64,000 nt of DNA from a virus. The notes under the pieces were generated by a model that saw only the letters and a list, made by a program, of their open reading frames with translations, ran no database searches and was not told where the DNA came from. Positions 9,331 to 19,693 of this stretch are shown piece after piece; positions within the stretch are counted from its first letter, which is position 1, and each line of letters starts with the position of its first letter. A program made the translations under genes and the position numbers. The DNA is taken from positions 29,898 to 93,897 of the IMG/VR virus record IMGVR_UViG_3300032893_000018; one strand, written 5' to 3'.

Positions 9331-9639
9331 ATGAACACCGCATCCCACGCCATCGCTTCCGTCGTCGCGTATTACTCGCAAGCGCTCGCCGAGGCCGAGG
9401 CCGGAAAGCAGCAGCTCGTGTCGATGCTCAAGGCGTCGACCGCGCCCGATCCGACGCGCGACGCGTTAGTCGCGGCGGCGCTCGTCGTCGCCGAGCTGAA
9501 GCTGCCGACCGACGCGATGATCGCCGCGCTCGAAACCCTCCGGAGGGAAGCCCATGCCTACCGAACCGCGCCCGGTCGAGTCGATCCCGCCCGGATGGCG
9601 CGAGTGGAGCCCGCCCGCGACACCCCACGTCAGGGCTAG
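9331..9639 (+). CDS. Hypothetical protein
   Basis: Helical Ala-rich ORF after palindrome. Confidence 0.5.
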   Translation: MNTASHAIASVVAYYSQALAEAEAGKQQLVSMLKASTAPDPTRDALVAAALVVAELKLPTDAMIAALETLRREAHAYRTAPGRVDPARMARVEPARDTPRQG

Positions 9640-9794
9640 CTACGCGCCGCCGTCGCCGATGGGCCGCGTCGTGCGCATGCGATGCGAGCGGTGTGGGGCG
9701 TCGCGGGCGGTCGTGTGCACGTCGAACGCGCCGCGCTCCCACATCGTGAGGTTTGCGATCGAGCACGCCGGTTGCGCGGCGGCATGAACGCGCG

Positions 9795-11693
9795 ATGACC
9801 TACGTCGCGGATGTCCTCGGGGACGGCGGGCTGATGGCGCGAGCGCGCAAGGATTACGCCGCGCGGCCCGGGCAGATCGAGATGGCGGAAGCGGTCGACG
9901 CGGCGATGCGCGATGGCGCGCGCCTGCTCGTCGAGGGACCGACGGGCACGGGCAAGTCGCTCGCGTACCTCGTGCCGGCGCTGTGGCGCGCGGTGCACGA
10001 GGGGAAGAAGTGCGTCGTCGTGACGGGGTCGATCCCGCTCCAGGAGCAGCTCAGCCGGAAGGACCTGCCGATGCTCGCCGCGGTGCTGCCGTGGAAGTTC
10101 GAGCACGCGATGCTGAAGGGGATCTCGAACTACCTGTGTCTGCTCGCGCAGGAGGAGGCCGGCACGGACGCCACCATGCTGCGCCCGCTCGACGCGCTGG
10201 CGTCGTGGGCGTCGTCGACGACGACGGGCGACTTCTCCGAGCTGGAGGAAGAGCTCGAGCCGGAGGTGCGGGGAAAGCTGACGACGACGTCGGAGGATTG
10301 CCTCGGGCAGCGCTGCCCGAGAGCGGCCGAGTGCCACGTGCTCAGGGGCCGCGCGATCGCTGCCCGCGCGCACGTCGTTGTGACGAACTACCATCTGTTC
10401 TTCGCTGACCTCGTGCTTCGCCGCGAGATCGGAAAGGGGATCCTCCCGGACTACTCGAACGTCGTGTTCGACGAGGGGCACCAGGCGGCGGAGATCGCGC
10501 GCGCGTTCTTCGGGTTCAAGCTGACGCCGTTTGCGATCCGGCGATGGTCGAAGCGGCTCATGCCGATCGACTCGCGCTTGCACGATCGACTCGTCGGCGC
10601 GTCCGATCGGTTCTTCGCGGCGCTCGCCGAGTACCGGGCGTCGGACTCGTACAAGGCGCGGCTCCTGGAGCACGACCCGGTCGACTGGGAGCCGCTGTGG
10701 CACGACCTCCGCGCGGCGGAGAAGAAGCTCTCGGACGCCGCGAAGAACGAGCCGGATCCGGCGAGGTCGAAGAAGATCATGTCGGCGGCGGGCTCCGCCG
10801 CGAGCGCCGCTACGATCGTTTCCACGTCGATGCGTCAGACCGAGGACGGCATCGTGTATCACGTCGACGTGGAGGGTCAGGGCCGCGTCGCGCTGTGCGG
10901 GCAGCCGCTCGACGTGTCGCGGAAGCTCCGTGAGTGGATCTTCGCTCATCCCGCGGTCTCGTCCATGGTCGTCGCGTCCGCGACCCTGACGGCGGCCGGT
11001 AGCTTCGAGATGGTCGAGCGCGAGCTCGGCGCCGACGGCGCGCGAAAGCTCGAGGTCGAGTCCCCGTTCGACTGGGCATCGCAGTCGATGGTCGTTGTTC
11101 CTCCCGGCTTGCCGAACCCGACCGAGCGCACGTTCCAGGCGGCCGCGTGCGCCGCGTTCGTCGACGCTGTGCGCGCGGCGCGCGGGCGCACGCTCGGGCT
11201 GTTCACGAGCCGGCGGATGATGGAGGCGGCGGCGGCCGCGCTCCGCGAAGCGCGGCTCGGGTTCGCCGTCATGTGCCAGGGCGAAGCGCCGCGGATGAAA
11301 CTCGTCGAGCGGTTCCGCGCCGACGTGAGCTCCGTCCTGATCGGCACGTCGTCCTTGTGGGAGGGCGTCGACGTGCCGGGCGAGGCGCTCTCGTGCGTCG
11401 TGATCGACCGCCTGCCGTTCGATTCGCCCGACGATCCGATCTCGGACGCGATGAACGAGCGCCGCCGCGACGCGTTCAAGAAGTGGATGCTGCCGCGTGC
11501 GATCCTCGGCTTTCGCCAGGGGACGGGGCGGCTCATCCGGTCGGTGACCGACCGGGGCGTCATCGTGGTGCTCGACCGCCGGCTCGTCGAGAAGCCCTAC
11601 GGCAAGTCGTTCCTGCGCGGGCTGCCGCTCGGCGTGCCGCTCGTTCGGGGAGAGGCCGCGTGGGAGAAGACGATCGCGGACTTCCTCCGATGA
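9795..11693 (+). CDS. DinG/YoaA-family ATP-dependent helicase
   Basis: RPGQ Q-motif, GPTGTGKS, Fe-S cysteines, DEGH, SATL, WEGVDVPG, QGTGRLIR. Confidence 0.95.
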   Translation: MTYVADVLGDGGLMARARKDYAARPGQIEMAEAVDAAMRDGARLLVEGPTGTGKSLAYLVPALWRAVHEGKKCVVVTGSIPLQEQLSRKDLPMLAAVLPWKFEHAMLKGISNYLCLLAQEEAGTDATMLRPLDALASWASSTTTGDFSELEEELEPEVRGKLTTTSEDCLGQRCPRAAECHVLRGRAIAARAHVVVTNYHLFFADLVLRREIGKGILPDYSNVVFDEGHQAAEIARAFFGFKLTPFAIRRWSKRLMPIDSRLHDRLVGASDRFFAALAEYRASDSYKARLLEHDPVDWEPLWHDLRAAEKKLSDAAKNEPDPARSKKIMSAAGSAASAATIVSTSMRQTEDGIVYHVDVEGQGRVALCGQPLDVSRKLREWIFAHPAVSSMVVASATLTAAGSFEMVERELGADGARKLEVESPFDWASQSMVVVPPGLPNPTERTFQAAACAAFVDAVRAARGRTLGLFTSRRMMEAAAAALREARLGFAVMCQGEAPRMKLVERFRADVSSVLIGTSSLWEGVDVPGEALSCVVIDRLPFDSPDDPISDAMNERRRDAFKKWMLPRAILGFRQGTGRLIRSVTDRGVIVVLDRRLVEKPYGKSFLRGLPLGVPLVRGEAAWEKTIADFLR

Positions 11694-12052
11694 AGCGGCG
11701 CGTGCACCCGAACGTTCAAGCCGCGATCGACGAGATCGAGCGGCAGACGAAGGCGTTGAAGAAGCTCGCCGAGCTCGTCGACATGCTCGCGATCCCGACG
11801 TCGCGCGGCGGCGTGTATGTCACGGACTGGGAGCGCGAGTTCGTGCGGGGCCTCGCGATGAGGGTCGGCGAGGAATTGACCGACAAGCAGATCGAGAAGA
11901 TCGACCAAGTGCACGACGACCTGAGGAAGGGGCGCACGGCGCCGCAGGATCGCGACCCCGGCGCCGCGAACCTGTTCAGCAACATGGAGCCGGCGAAGCG
12001 GGCCGAGCAGTTCGCGCGGGCGAAGAAGGTGAAGCTGCCGTGGGAAAAGTAG
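11690..12052 (+). CDS. Hypothetical protein
   Basis: ATGA-coupled; TDWEREFV...LTDKQ motif. Confidence 0.6.
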   Translation: MKRRVHPNVQAAIDEIERQTKALKKLAELVDMLAIPTSRGGVYVTDWEREFVRGLAMRVGEELTDKQIEKIDQVHDDLRKGRTAPQDRDPGAANLFSNMEPAKRAEQFARAKKVKLPWEK

Positions 12053-12355
12053 CGCGCAGGAAGGTCGAGCGTGAACGGCAACGGGTGCGCCGCCGTCGCG
12101 CGCGCTCGCACAAGCTGCAGCCGGGGCTGCACGCCCTGTCGGCGCTCCTCGGCGCCGATGCGTACGAGGAGGTTCGACAACGCCGCGCCGACGATCTGAT
12201 GCGCGAGCTCGGGCGGAACTTCGGGCGGTTCCTCTTCCGAGACTCGATCCTGCTCACCGTGCTCCGGCGAATGAAGCCGCCGCTTGGGATGCGCATGGCG
12301 GTGAGGCGTGGCGAGGTGCAGTGGTCGCCCGATAGATTTTTCCCCGGGATGCACG

Positions 12356-13045
12356 ATGCGCCGTAGCAAGCCGCGCGAGCCGTTCCGCACCATCGTTGCC
12401 GACCCACCATGGCCATACGCGGACAAGCTGCCGGGCGCGAAGCGCGGCGCCGAGAAGCACTACTCGACGTTGCCCATGAACCGCATCGAGTCGTTCCTTC
12501 GCGACCGCGGGTTCCCGATCGCCGACGACGCGCTGCTCTTCCTGTGGCGCGTGGCGCCGATGCAGTCCGAAGCGCTCGGCGTGATGCGCGAGTGGAGGTT
12601 CCAGCAAAAGAGCGAGATCGTGTGGTGCAAGTCGGTACGGGACGACGAGGAACAGATCGCGCGCGTTGCCAAGTCGTTCGACAATAAGGGCCCGCGCGTG
12701 GAAGCGGTCATCGAGGCGTCGTTCGAAGCGGCGCGCCGCTTGAAGTTCGGCATGGGCCACTACGTGCGCAACGGGCACGAGGTCTGCCTGATCGGCCGCC
12801 GCGGTCGCGCAAAGGTGCTGCACCGGTCACAACGGTCCGTGTTCTTCGCCCCCGTCGGCGAGCACTCGGAGAAGCCCGACGAGTTTTACCGGATCGTCGA
12901 GGAGCTCGCGCCCGGGCCGTATCTCGATCTGTTCGCGCGGAAGGAGCGCCGCGGGTGGACGTCGATCGGAGACGAGATCAGCACGCCGCCGATCTTCACG
13001 CACACGCCGGAGGAGCTCGGCTGGGTGAAGGCTCCGGGTGGGTGA
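12356..13045 (+). CDS. MT-A70 family adenine methyltransferase
   Basis: IVADPPW, HYSTL, LFLW, GMGHYVRNGHE, HSEKPDEFY, LDLFAR. Confidence 0.92.
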   Translation: MRRSKPREPFRTIVADPPWPYADKLPGAKRGAEKHYSTLPMNRIESFLRDRGFPIADDALLFLWRVAPMQSEALGVMREWRFQQKSEIVWCKSVRDDEEQIARVAKSFDNKGPRVEAVIEASFEAARRLKFGMGHYVRNGHEVCLIGRRGRAKVLHRSQRSVFFAPVGEHSEKPDEFYRIVEELAPGPYLDLFARKERRGWTSIGDEISTPPIFTHTPEELGWVKAPGG

Positions 13046-13105
13046 TCTTGCCGGCCGCGAGGCGAGCGTGGCACCTTTGGGTCGGAGGATCCGAAGACCG
13101 CTCGC

Positions 13106-13753
13106 ATGCGCCGAACACGCGCACCAAGGCCCCCCGCGCCGCCGCGGGCAGGGAAAAGCCCCGCCGTCGAAGGAGGCGAGGGGTCACGCGGCACACCGCC
13201 GTCGTCGCCGTTCGAGATGCAGCAGCGGCGCGAGTGGGCGCTCCGGCTCCTCCGCGGCGGCGCGACGCTCGACCACCTGATCGAGTTCGGTCGCCGCCAC
13301 GACCCGCCGCTCTCCGAGCATCAGGTTCGGACTGCGTACCACGGCGTGCTCGACGATCAGTCGGAGGCGTTCGCGGACCAGCGCGAGAAGTACCGCTCGC
13401 TCCAGATCGCGCGGCTGTCGAACGACCTCGTGAACCTCCGGTCGCTGCTCGCGCAGTACACGCCGCGCCCACCGTCGGTGCAGGAGCCCACGGGATACCC
13501 GGGGCAGCCGCGGCAGCTCGCGTGGGTGTACTCGGCGATCGCCCGGCATGAGCGAGAGTGGGCGCGCGTCGCCGGCACGCACGCGCCGATCCGCGTCGAG
13601 CTCGACGCGAACGTCGGGATCAGGATCCGCGGCGCCGTGATGCAGGTCGTCGGCTCGCTCAGCGACGAGCAGATGGACGACCTCGCAGCGCAGCAGCTCG
13701 AGATCGAGCGACGCGCTGGCGTGATCGACGCCCACGGGGACGCGGTCGAATGA
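13106..13753 (+). CDS. Putative terminase small subunit
   Basis: Helical/HTH-like ORF overlapping the terL start. Confidence 0.55.
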   Translation: MRRTRAPRPPAPPRAGKSPAVEGGEGSRGTPPSSPFEMQQRREWALRLLRGGATLDHLIEFGRRHDPPLSEHQVRTAYHGVLDDQSEAFADQREKYRSLQIARLSNDLVNLRSLLAQYTPRPPSVQEPTGYPGQPRQLAWVYSAIARHEREWARVAGTHAPIRVELDANVGIRIRGAVMQVVGSLSDEQMDDLAAQQLEIERRAGVIDAHGDAVE

Positions 13754-15399
13754 GCGAGGTTCCCCCGAAGAAGGTGCAGGCGGTGGTGAAGCGCTTGTTC
13801 GCGCAAGCGGCGCGCGCTCGCGTCGACCCGGCGGCGTTCTTCGAGTTCGTGATGGTCGAGGAGTTCACAGGCAAGCCGCTGAAGATCGCCCCGCACCAGC
13901 AGCTCTTCTTCGACTTCGTGACGGCCCACCCGCGGTGCGTCGTCCGCGCGTTCGCAGGCGCGTCGAAGACGTACATGGTGTCGGCGCTCACGCTGTTCAA
14001 GCTCGGCCAGGACTCGTCCGAGCGCGGCGTCATCCTGAGCGCCACCGTCGGGCAGGCGAAGAAGCCGGTCGGCATGGTGCGCCGGTACATCGAGGACGGC
14101 GGCCGGCTCGCGCTCGTGTTCCCCAAGCTGATGCGCTCGCCGCGGCCCGGCGACTCATGGACGCAGACGCAGCTCGTCATCGCCCGCGAGCGCGTGATCC
14201 GAGACCCGTCGCTCACCGTGTGCGGCATCGGCGGCAAGCTGCCCGGCGCGCGCATCTCGTGGGCGAACGCCGACGACCTCCTGACGCTGGAGAACACGCT
14301 CGCCGAGGCGCAGCGCGAGCACACATTTACGTGGATGGGCAGCACGGTGATCCCGCGGCTCGACACCGACGACAGCCACATCGTCGTGACGAACACGCCG
14401 TGGTTCCCGACCGACCTCACCTACCAGCTTGAGAAGGGCATGGACGGCGCCGACCCGTGGCCGTCGCTCACGATGGAGGCGCACGGGGACGTGATCATCC
14501 GCAACACGGAGTGGGACTCGCCGCTCGTGCGCCCCGCGATGACGGACGACCCGAGGCAGGAGCGGTGCCGACTCGTCGCGCACGATCACCCCCGCTACGC
14601 GAAGATGGTCGGGGTCCATGGGGCGAAGGCGGGGTGGGTCGACGAGGCGGATCGCGTGCCGCTGTGGCCCGAGAAGTGGAACTGGGAGCAGCTCGAGGCG
14701 CGCCGGAAGATCATGCCGGCGTCCGAGTACAACCGCACCATGCGCTGCATCGTCCGCGACAAGGACAGCGAGCGCGTCAAGACCGAGTGGATCGACGCGT
14801 GCAAGGACGCGGCGAAGAAGAACGGCGCCGACAAGCTCGTGTCGCAGTGGGGCGGCGACCACGTGTACACGGGCGTCGACCCCGCCTTCGGGCTGTCGGC
14901 GAAGCACGACCGCAGCTGCATCTTCACGTTCTGCGTTCTGCCGACCGGGCACCGTCGGATCCTCGACGTGAAGGTCGGGCGGTGGCGGTCGAGCGACATG
15001 GTCGACCGCATCATCCAGACGTCGCAGGCGTACGGCTCGCTGGTCTGCGTCGAGGGCAATTCAGCGCAGAAGCTCATCCGCGACTGGGCGCGCGAGAAGA
15101 ACGTGAACGTGATGATCCGCGCGCGCGACACGACGGGGAAGAACAAGATGGACCCGCGCTTCGGCATCGAGTCGATCTTCCACGAGGTCGAGCGCGGCGC
15201 GTGGCTCATCCCGTCCGACGCGAAGGGGGCGATGCCCGCCGGGGTGGCGGACTGGGTGCAGGACCTCTTCGACTACGAGCCGGACCAGCACACGGGTGAC
15301 GTGCTGATGGCGTCGTGGATCGCGCGCGAGCAGGCACGTCGCCGCGGTGCGTTCGCCCACGCGGACGCGGGCGGGCTCGCGGGGCTTTCGAGCCGGTGA
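13750..15399 (+). CDS. terL: Terminase large subunit
   Basis: PHQ, degenerate Walker A RAFAGASKT, ADDL Walker B, TNTPW, LWPEKW, nuclease GVDPA...D, VEGN, DVLMASW. Confidence 0.85.
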   Translation: MSEVPPKKVQAVVKRLFAQAARARVDPAAFFEFVMVEEFTGKPLKIAPHQQLFFDFVTAHPRCVVRAFAGASKTYMVSALTLFKLGQDSSERGVILSATVGQAKKPVGMVRRYIEDGGRLALVFPKLMRSPRPGDSWTQTQLVIARERVIRDPSLTVCGIGGKLPGARISWANADDLLTLENTLAEAQREHTFTWMGSTVIPRLDTDDSHIVVTNTPWFPTDLTYQLEKGMDGADPWPSLTMEAHGDVIIRNTEWDSPLVRPAMTDDPRQERCRLVAHDHPRYAKMVGVHGAKAGWVDEADRVPLWPEKWNWEQLEARRKIMPASEYNRTMRCIVRDKDSERVKTEWIDACKDAAKKNGADKLVSQWGGDHVYTGVDPAFGLSAKHDRSCIFTFCVLPTGHRRILDVKVGRWRSSDMVDRIIQTSQAYGSLVCVEGNSAQKLIRDWAREKNVNVMIRARDTTGKNKMDPRFGIESIFHEVERGAWLIPSDAKGAMPAGVADWVQDLFDYEPDQHTGDVLMASWIAREQARRRGAFAHADAGGLAGLSSR

Positions 15400-15422
15400 C
15401 CTGGGCGGCATGATCCGCAGCC

Positions 15423-15983
15423 ATGCGGTACGACGACGTCTCGAAGCTCATCAACGGCGCCTGCTCGCTCATGGAGTGCAGCGTGTGCGGCAGGGTGTTC
15501 GCGATGCAGGCGCGGGAGGACCGGTGCCCGGGGTGCGGCGTGCGGTCGGAGACGGCCGGCTATCTGATGTCGATCCGCGTGTTCAAGTCGCGGCCGACCG
15601 GCGACCCCGAGGAGGTCGTGCACTGCATCTTCAACTTCGAGATGTCGAACGTTCCGAAGAAGATTCGCGTGGACGACGAGGCGGGTCGGTGCCGGTTCGT
15701 CATCGACGCTATGACGCGCGCATCTCGCGCGGCCGCCGCCGCCGTGGGGAGGGCGTTCGAGCTCGACGTCGTGGCGTGCACGCGCGCCGACCTGGCGTCG
15801 TTCACGTCCTGGTCGTGCAGGGGATCCGAGCTCGTCCAGGTGGACGTGTCGACGATGGTCCCCGACGACGCGGAGAACCTCCGCGTGTACTGCTTCGTCG
15901 ACGAGGCCGGGCGCCGGTACCTGTCGGGGGCGATCGGCGCGCTCGTGATGGGTCGCCGCGCCGCCACGCTCGGCGATGCCTGA
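15423..15983 (+). CDS. Hypothetical zinc-ribbon protein
   Basis: CSVC...CPGC. Confidence 0.55.
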   Translation: MRYDDVSKLINGACSLMECSVCGRVFAMQAREDRCPGCGVRSETAGYLMSIRVFKSRPTGDPEEVVHCIFNFEMSNVPKKIRVDDEAGRCRFVIDAMTRASRAAAAAVGRAFELDVVACTRADLASFTSWSCRGSELVQVDVSTMVPDDAENLRVYCFVDEAGRRYLSGAIGALVMGRRAATLGDA

Positions 15984-15998
15984 GCTATCCTGCTTGGC

Positions 15999-16697
15999 AT
16001 GGATCACGTCGTTCTCGGCCCCGGCACGATTCCTCCCGCTCCGGTAGACAGCTCGTGCGCGCACGAGTTCAAGCAGGCGAGGTTTTACCGGCAGGGGCGC
16101 CGCGGGTTCGGCATCGTGTACGTCTTGCTGCACGTCGCGGAGTGCGCGGAGGTCAACAGCGCCGCGGACAATCTTTGCTCCTACTGCGCGTCGATGCCCG
16201 ACGGCCGCGTCGCCAGCTGGACGTACGCGACCGACCGGTACTCGGTGACGCAGTCGGTGCGCGAGGCCGATACGGCGTTCCACGCGCCGCCGCTGAACGA
16301 CTGCTCGATCGGCATCGAGTCGGCGGGGTTCTCTAGCCAGCTCGATGCGGACTGGGCCGACGACTACTCGCGCGACATGCTCGACCGGTTCGAGACGCTC
16401 GTCGCCGACGTGTGCAGGCGGCACGGGATCCCGGCCCGGGTCGTCCCCGATGACGCGCTCCTCGCGGCGCTGCCGCAACTGACCGCGCTCGCCGGGCGCG
16501 GGCACATCTACGGCGGCCCGACCGAGCCCACGATCGCGGTCACGTGGGAGCAGGCCGCATCGATCTTCGGGGGGATCTTGACGCACGCGCAGGTCAGCCG
16601 GGTGTTCAAGAAGTCCGCGCACTACGACCCCGGTGCGCACTTCCCGCTTGATGACTTCGTGCGCAAGGTGGCCGCGCGAGTGGCTTCTGCGGCATGA
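15999..16697 (+). CDS. N-acetylmuramoyl-L-alanine amidase (endolysin)
   Basis: LLH..E, TAFHA, NDCSIGIE, TH, HYDPG Amidase_2 motifs. Confidence 0.85.
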   Translation: MDHVVLGPGTIPPAPVDSSCAHEFKQARFYRQGRRGFGIVYVLLHVAECAEVNSAADNLCSYCASMPDGRVASWTYATDRYSVTQSVREADTAFHAPPLNDCSIGIESAGFSSQLDADWADDYSRDMLDRFETLVADVCRRHGIPARVVPDDALLAALPQLTALAGRGHIYGGPTEPTIAVTWEQAASIFGGILTHAQVSRVFKKSAHYDPGAHFPLDDFVRKVAARVASAA

Positions 16698-17023
16698 CCC
16701 CGGGCCCGGCCGCGGCATACAGCGGAGCAGCGGTGGTCGGATGCGACCCCGAGGAAGGAACTCCGGTGGAAGACGTGCGGCACTCGAAGAAGAAGGACAC
16801 GGCCCGAGCAGTGATCCCCGACGAGCAACGCGAGGACGTCGCCGAGCTCGACGCCCGGCTAGAGGAGGTGATCCGGCTCGTCGACAACCTGGTCGACGCG
16901 CAGGTCATGGGAGCGAGCGACGACGAGCTCGTCGAGCACGCGAAACGGATCGGGAATGCGGGCGCGAAGAAGCGAATCGCGCTGCGCCGCGTCGCAGACC
17001 ACGACATCGCCCTCGGCGTGTAG
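16694..17023 (+). CDS. Hypothetical protein
   Basis: ORF with phage-like codon usage. Confidence 0.45.
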   Translation: MTPGPAAAYSGAAVVGCDPEEGTPVEDVRHSKKKDTARAVIPDEQREDVAELDARLEEVIRLVDNLVDAQVMGASDDELVEHAKRIGNAGAKKRIALRRVADHDIALGV

Positions 17024-17130
17024 CGGTGGCATAAACGGAGCGGCCCGGGCTCCCGCGAGGGTTGCCTCCGTTCTGACCCGTCTTCTTTGCAGTTGCGCGA
17101 CGGGCCCGGGCCTTCAACCCGGGAGATCCC

Positions 17131-17592
17131 ATGCTGGAAGTCATCGAGACGGCGCGGATGCAGGACGGGAGCGTGATGGCGCTCCTTCGGTCGGAGACGC
17201 CGGGCGAGGCCCAGAAGGTGAAGGACGGCGTCACGCTCATGTGCGGGGCCCGCGCGTTCCGGCCGACCAAGGTGTTCGCCGCGACCGACACGGGCCGCCG
17301 CGTGTCGGTCGCGTTCGAGCCGTCGACCCAGCTCGCGGTGCGGATGAAGTTCCGCGTCGCCGGCGAGCCGATGGATGACGAGGAGTTCGCGCACGCCACG
17401 AAGCTCCTCGCGATGGTCGGGCAGTCGATGCGCACGGTCGACGCGGCCGCGTTCCTGGAGCGGCTCCTGTCGATGCCTGGGTCGTCGGGCGCGGGCACCC
17501 TCGCCAGGATCGCCGCGGTGCTGATGGCGGCGCAGGAGTCGCTGCCGCCGAGCGACGACGTCGACGACCTGGCCGCGAGGTTGCGGTCGTGA
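17131..17592 (+). CDS. Hypothetical protein
   Basis: GGAG SD, ORF. Confidence 0.6.
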   Translation: MLEVIETARMQDGSVMALLRSETPGEAQKVKDGVTLMCGARAFRPTKVFAATDTGRRVSVAFEPSTQLAVRMKFRVAGEPMDDEEFAHATKLLAMVGQSMRTVDAAAFLERLLSMPGSSGAGTLARIAAVLMAAQESLPPSDDVDDLAARLRS

Positions 17593-18068
17593 CGGACGCG
17601 AACGCGATCGCGCTGTGCGTCGTGATCTCGGTGTTCGGCGCGTACGCGGTCGCGTCGGTGCTCGGGAGGACGAAGCTCGGCGCCGCGGTGCTGGCCATGA
17701 TGGCGGAGCAGAAGCGGGCGCGGAACCTCGCGAACTACGCCGCGGACGCGCGCGCGGCGACGAACCGCGCGATCGATGCCCGGCTTGAGGTCGCGTTGTC
17801 CGAGCTCGAGCTCTCCCGGATCGCGGCCGAGGTGCCGCCTGAGATGGCGCCCGCCGTCATCCAGGCCGCGCAGTACGGCTACCGCATGGAGCGGGCGGTG
17901 CTGCAGCAGGCGCGCGCCCTCGGGCTCCACGTGCCGCAGGACGTACTTCCCGACGTCACGGCGCCCGAGCCCCGGCCGGACGCCGAACCGGGCCCGCGGC
18001 TTGCCGTGGTGACCGCCGCCGACCCGATGGAGTACCGCGGCGGCTCGTTCGTGCCGCGGCGCCGCTGA
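17589..18068 (+). CDS. Membrane-anchored hypothetical protein
   Basis: N-terminal hydrophobic helix. Confidence 0.55.
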   Translation: MTDANAIALCVVISVFGAYAVASVLGRTKLGAAVLAMMAEQKRARNLANYAADARAATNRAIDARLEVALSELELSRIAAEVPPEMAPAVIQAAQYGYRMERAVLQQARALGLHVPQDVLPDVTAPEPRPDAEPGPRLAVVTAADPMEYRGGSFVPRRR

Positions 18069-18108
18069 CGCCGTGGCGGCATGACATCCGGTCGAAGGAA
18101 GGTGCGCT

Positions 18109-18297
18109 TTGCCCAACATCGGCCACAACATCCTGCTGACGCCCGAGGAGATCGAGCTCGCGCTGAAGGAGTGCGCGTTTGAGAAGCTCCGGGCGCGGGG
18201 CAACTTCCCGAACTTGGAGCGCGGCGAGTTCATCCGCGCGGCGAGCACGCACCGGCTGGAGAACGGCTCGGTGTCGGTGGTGTTCGCCGAGGAGTGA
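18109..18297 (+). CDS. Small hypothetical protein
   Basis: AAGGAAGG SD, TTG start. Confidence 0.45.
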   Translation: MPNIGHNILLTPEEIELALKECAFEKLRARGNFPNLERGEFIRAASTHRLENGSVSVVFAEE

Positions 18298-18379
18298 GCG
18301 CGGCTTGTGACCGAGCCCGGCGTCGCGTACGCTGACGGCGCGCCCTCCAAGTGCGGGGGCCCCACTCCCAGGAGAAGCG

Positions 18380-18766
18380 ATGGCCACGTACTACCTCATC
18401 AACTGCGTCAAGGTCGGCGGGATCGAGCGATACGCCGGCGAGCTCGTCGACAGCGCGCAGGAAAGCACGACGGCGATCACCGACGCGGGCGGCGTGCTCG
18501 AGGCGAGCAGCAATGGCCAGGTCGCGGCGGCCGCGCTCGTCGCGCAGCAGCTCCGCCTGGACGGCGAGACGCAGACGCGCATGAACGGCGTCATGTGCGC
18601 GGCGCTCGCGCAGAGCGGCGGGACGGGCGCGCAAGGGGCGCAGGGCGACACGGGCGCCCAAGGTGACGCCGGGGCGCAGGGCGCGCAGGGTCATCAGGGC
18701 GCGGCCGGGTCGCAAGGCTCCCAAGGTTCACAGGGCGCGCAGGGCTCTCAAGGCGCGCAGGGCTGA
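18380..18766 (+). CDS. Collagen-like repeat protein
   Basis: C-terminal GAQG/GSQG G-X-Y repeats; AGGAG SD. Confidence 0.75.
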   Translation: MATYYLINCVKVGGIERYAGELVDSAQESTTAITDAGGVLEASSNGQVAAAALVAQQLRLDGETQTRMNGVMCAALAQSGGTGAQGAQGDTGAQGDAGAQGAQGHQGAAGSQGSQGSQGAQGSQGAQG

Positions 18767-18826
18767 GTCGCAGTCCGAGGGTTTGGCGCGCGGGGCGGAC
18801 AGCTAGCTCCGCGCGTCGTTGTTTGA

Positions 18827-19369
18827 TTGGAGGATCCGATGCTGAATGCGATCGTCGTGCACGACCCGCGCCGCGAGGTGCCGGATGGTCAGATCATCAG
18901 GGGCGAGCTCGAAGTGGCGAAGGCAAAGTCGCACGGGCTTCTTCTCCTGCCCGTCGATCTCGACCACGCCGCGGACGGGCTTGGCGGTTACTTCCGCCGC
19001 GGGTGGGGTACTGGGTGGCTGATGAACCGCAACTCGGGCGAGCGCGCGTGTCCGATGGCGCTCGGCGCCGATCCCGAGTTCGGGTGGATCTACTGGGCGG
19101 CGTGGGTCGTCAGCTCGGGCGGCGATCCGCGGGGCTCGGTCCGGCTTGCGAGCGACACGACGGTGCCCGGCGTGATGCAGGCGGGCATCGGCGCGAGCGA
19201 CGCGGCCGACCTCGGCGGAAACCCGGAGGGGTTCGCGATCGCCGGTAAGTGCCAGCTGACGGCCAAGCAACGCGGCCCGATCGCAGTGTCGCTGTGGGGC
19301 GTCGCGAAGCACTCGCTGATCGTCGTGTCCGCGGTGTCGACGACGCGCCGCGAAGTCGGCTACCCGTAG
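18827..19369 (+). CDS. Hypothetical protein
   Basis: GGAGG SD near ATG 18839. Confidence 0.55.
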   Translation: MEDPMLNAIVVHDPRREVPDGQIIRGELEVAKAKSHGLLLLPVDLDHAADGLGGYFRRGWGTGWLMNRNSGERACPMALGADPEFGWIYWAAWVVSSGGDPRGSVRLASDTTVPGVMQAGIGASDAADLGGNPEGFAIAGKCQLTAKQRGPIAVSLWGVAKHSLIVVSAVSTTRREVGYP

Positions 19370-19396
19370 CCGGCGGGCGGCGTGTATCCTTCCCGC

Positions 19397-19693
19397 ATGC
19401 TTCGGGAGCTCACCGCCCGCGCGTTGTGGGTCGCTTCGAACAGCTGCGCACTGGCCGCGGACTTCCTGTCTCGGGCGGCGGATCGCGCGCTGGACGCCGC
19501 GCTGCTCATCGAACCCGCCGAGGAGCCCACGCACGAGGAGGTTGTGCGCGACGGTCCGGTGGTGTCGGACGAGGCGCGGCGGATGATCGCCGACCTGGAG
19601 GAGCGGCCACAACCGCTGCCTGTTGAAACCAAGCCGCTCGTCGGCTCGCTCGCCGATCGCGGGGCGATGGTCGGCAGGAAGTGGTCGCTGTGA
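19397..19693 (+). CDS. Hypothetical protein
   Basis: TATCCT -10 box 6 nt before ATG; overlaps portal start. Confidence 0.5.
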   Translation: MLRELTARALWVASNSCALAADFLSRAADRALDAALLIEPAEEPTHEEVVRDGPVVSDEARRMIADLEERPQPLPVETKPLVGSLADRGAMVGRKWSL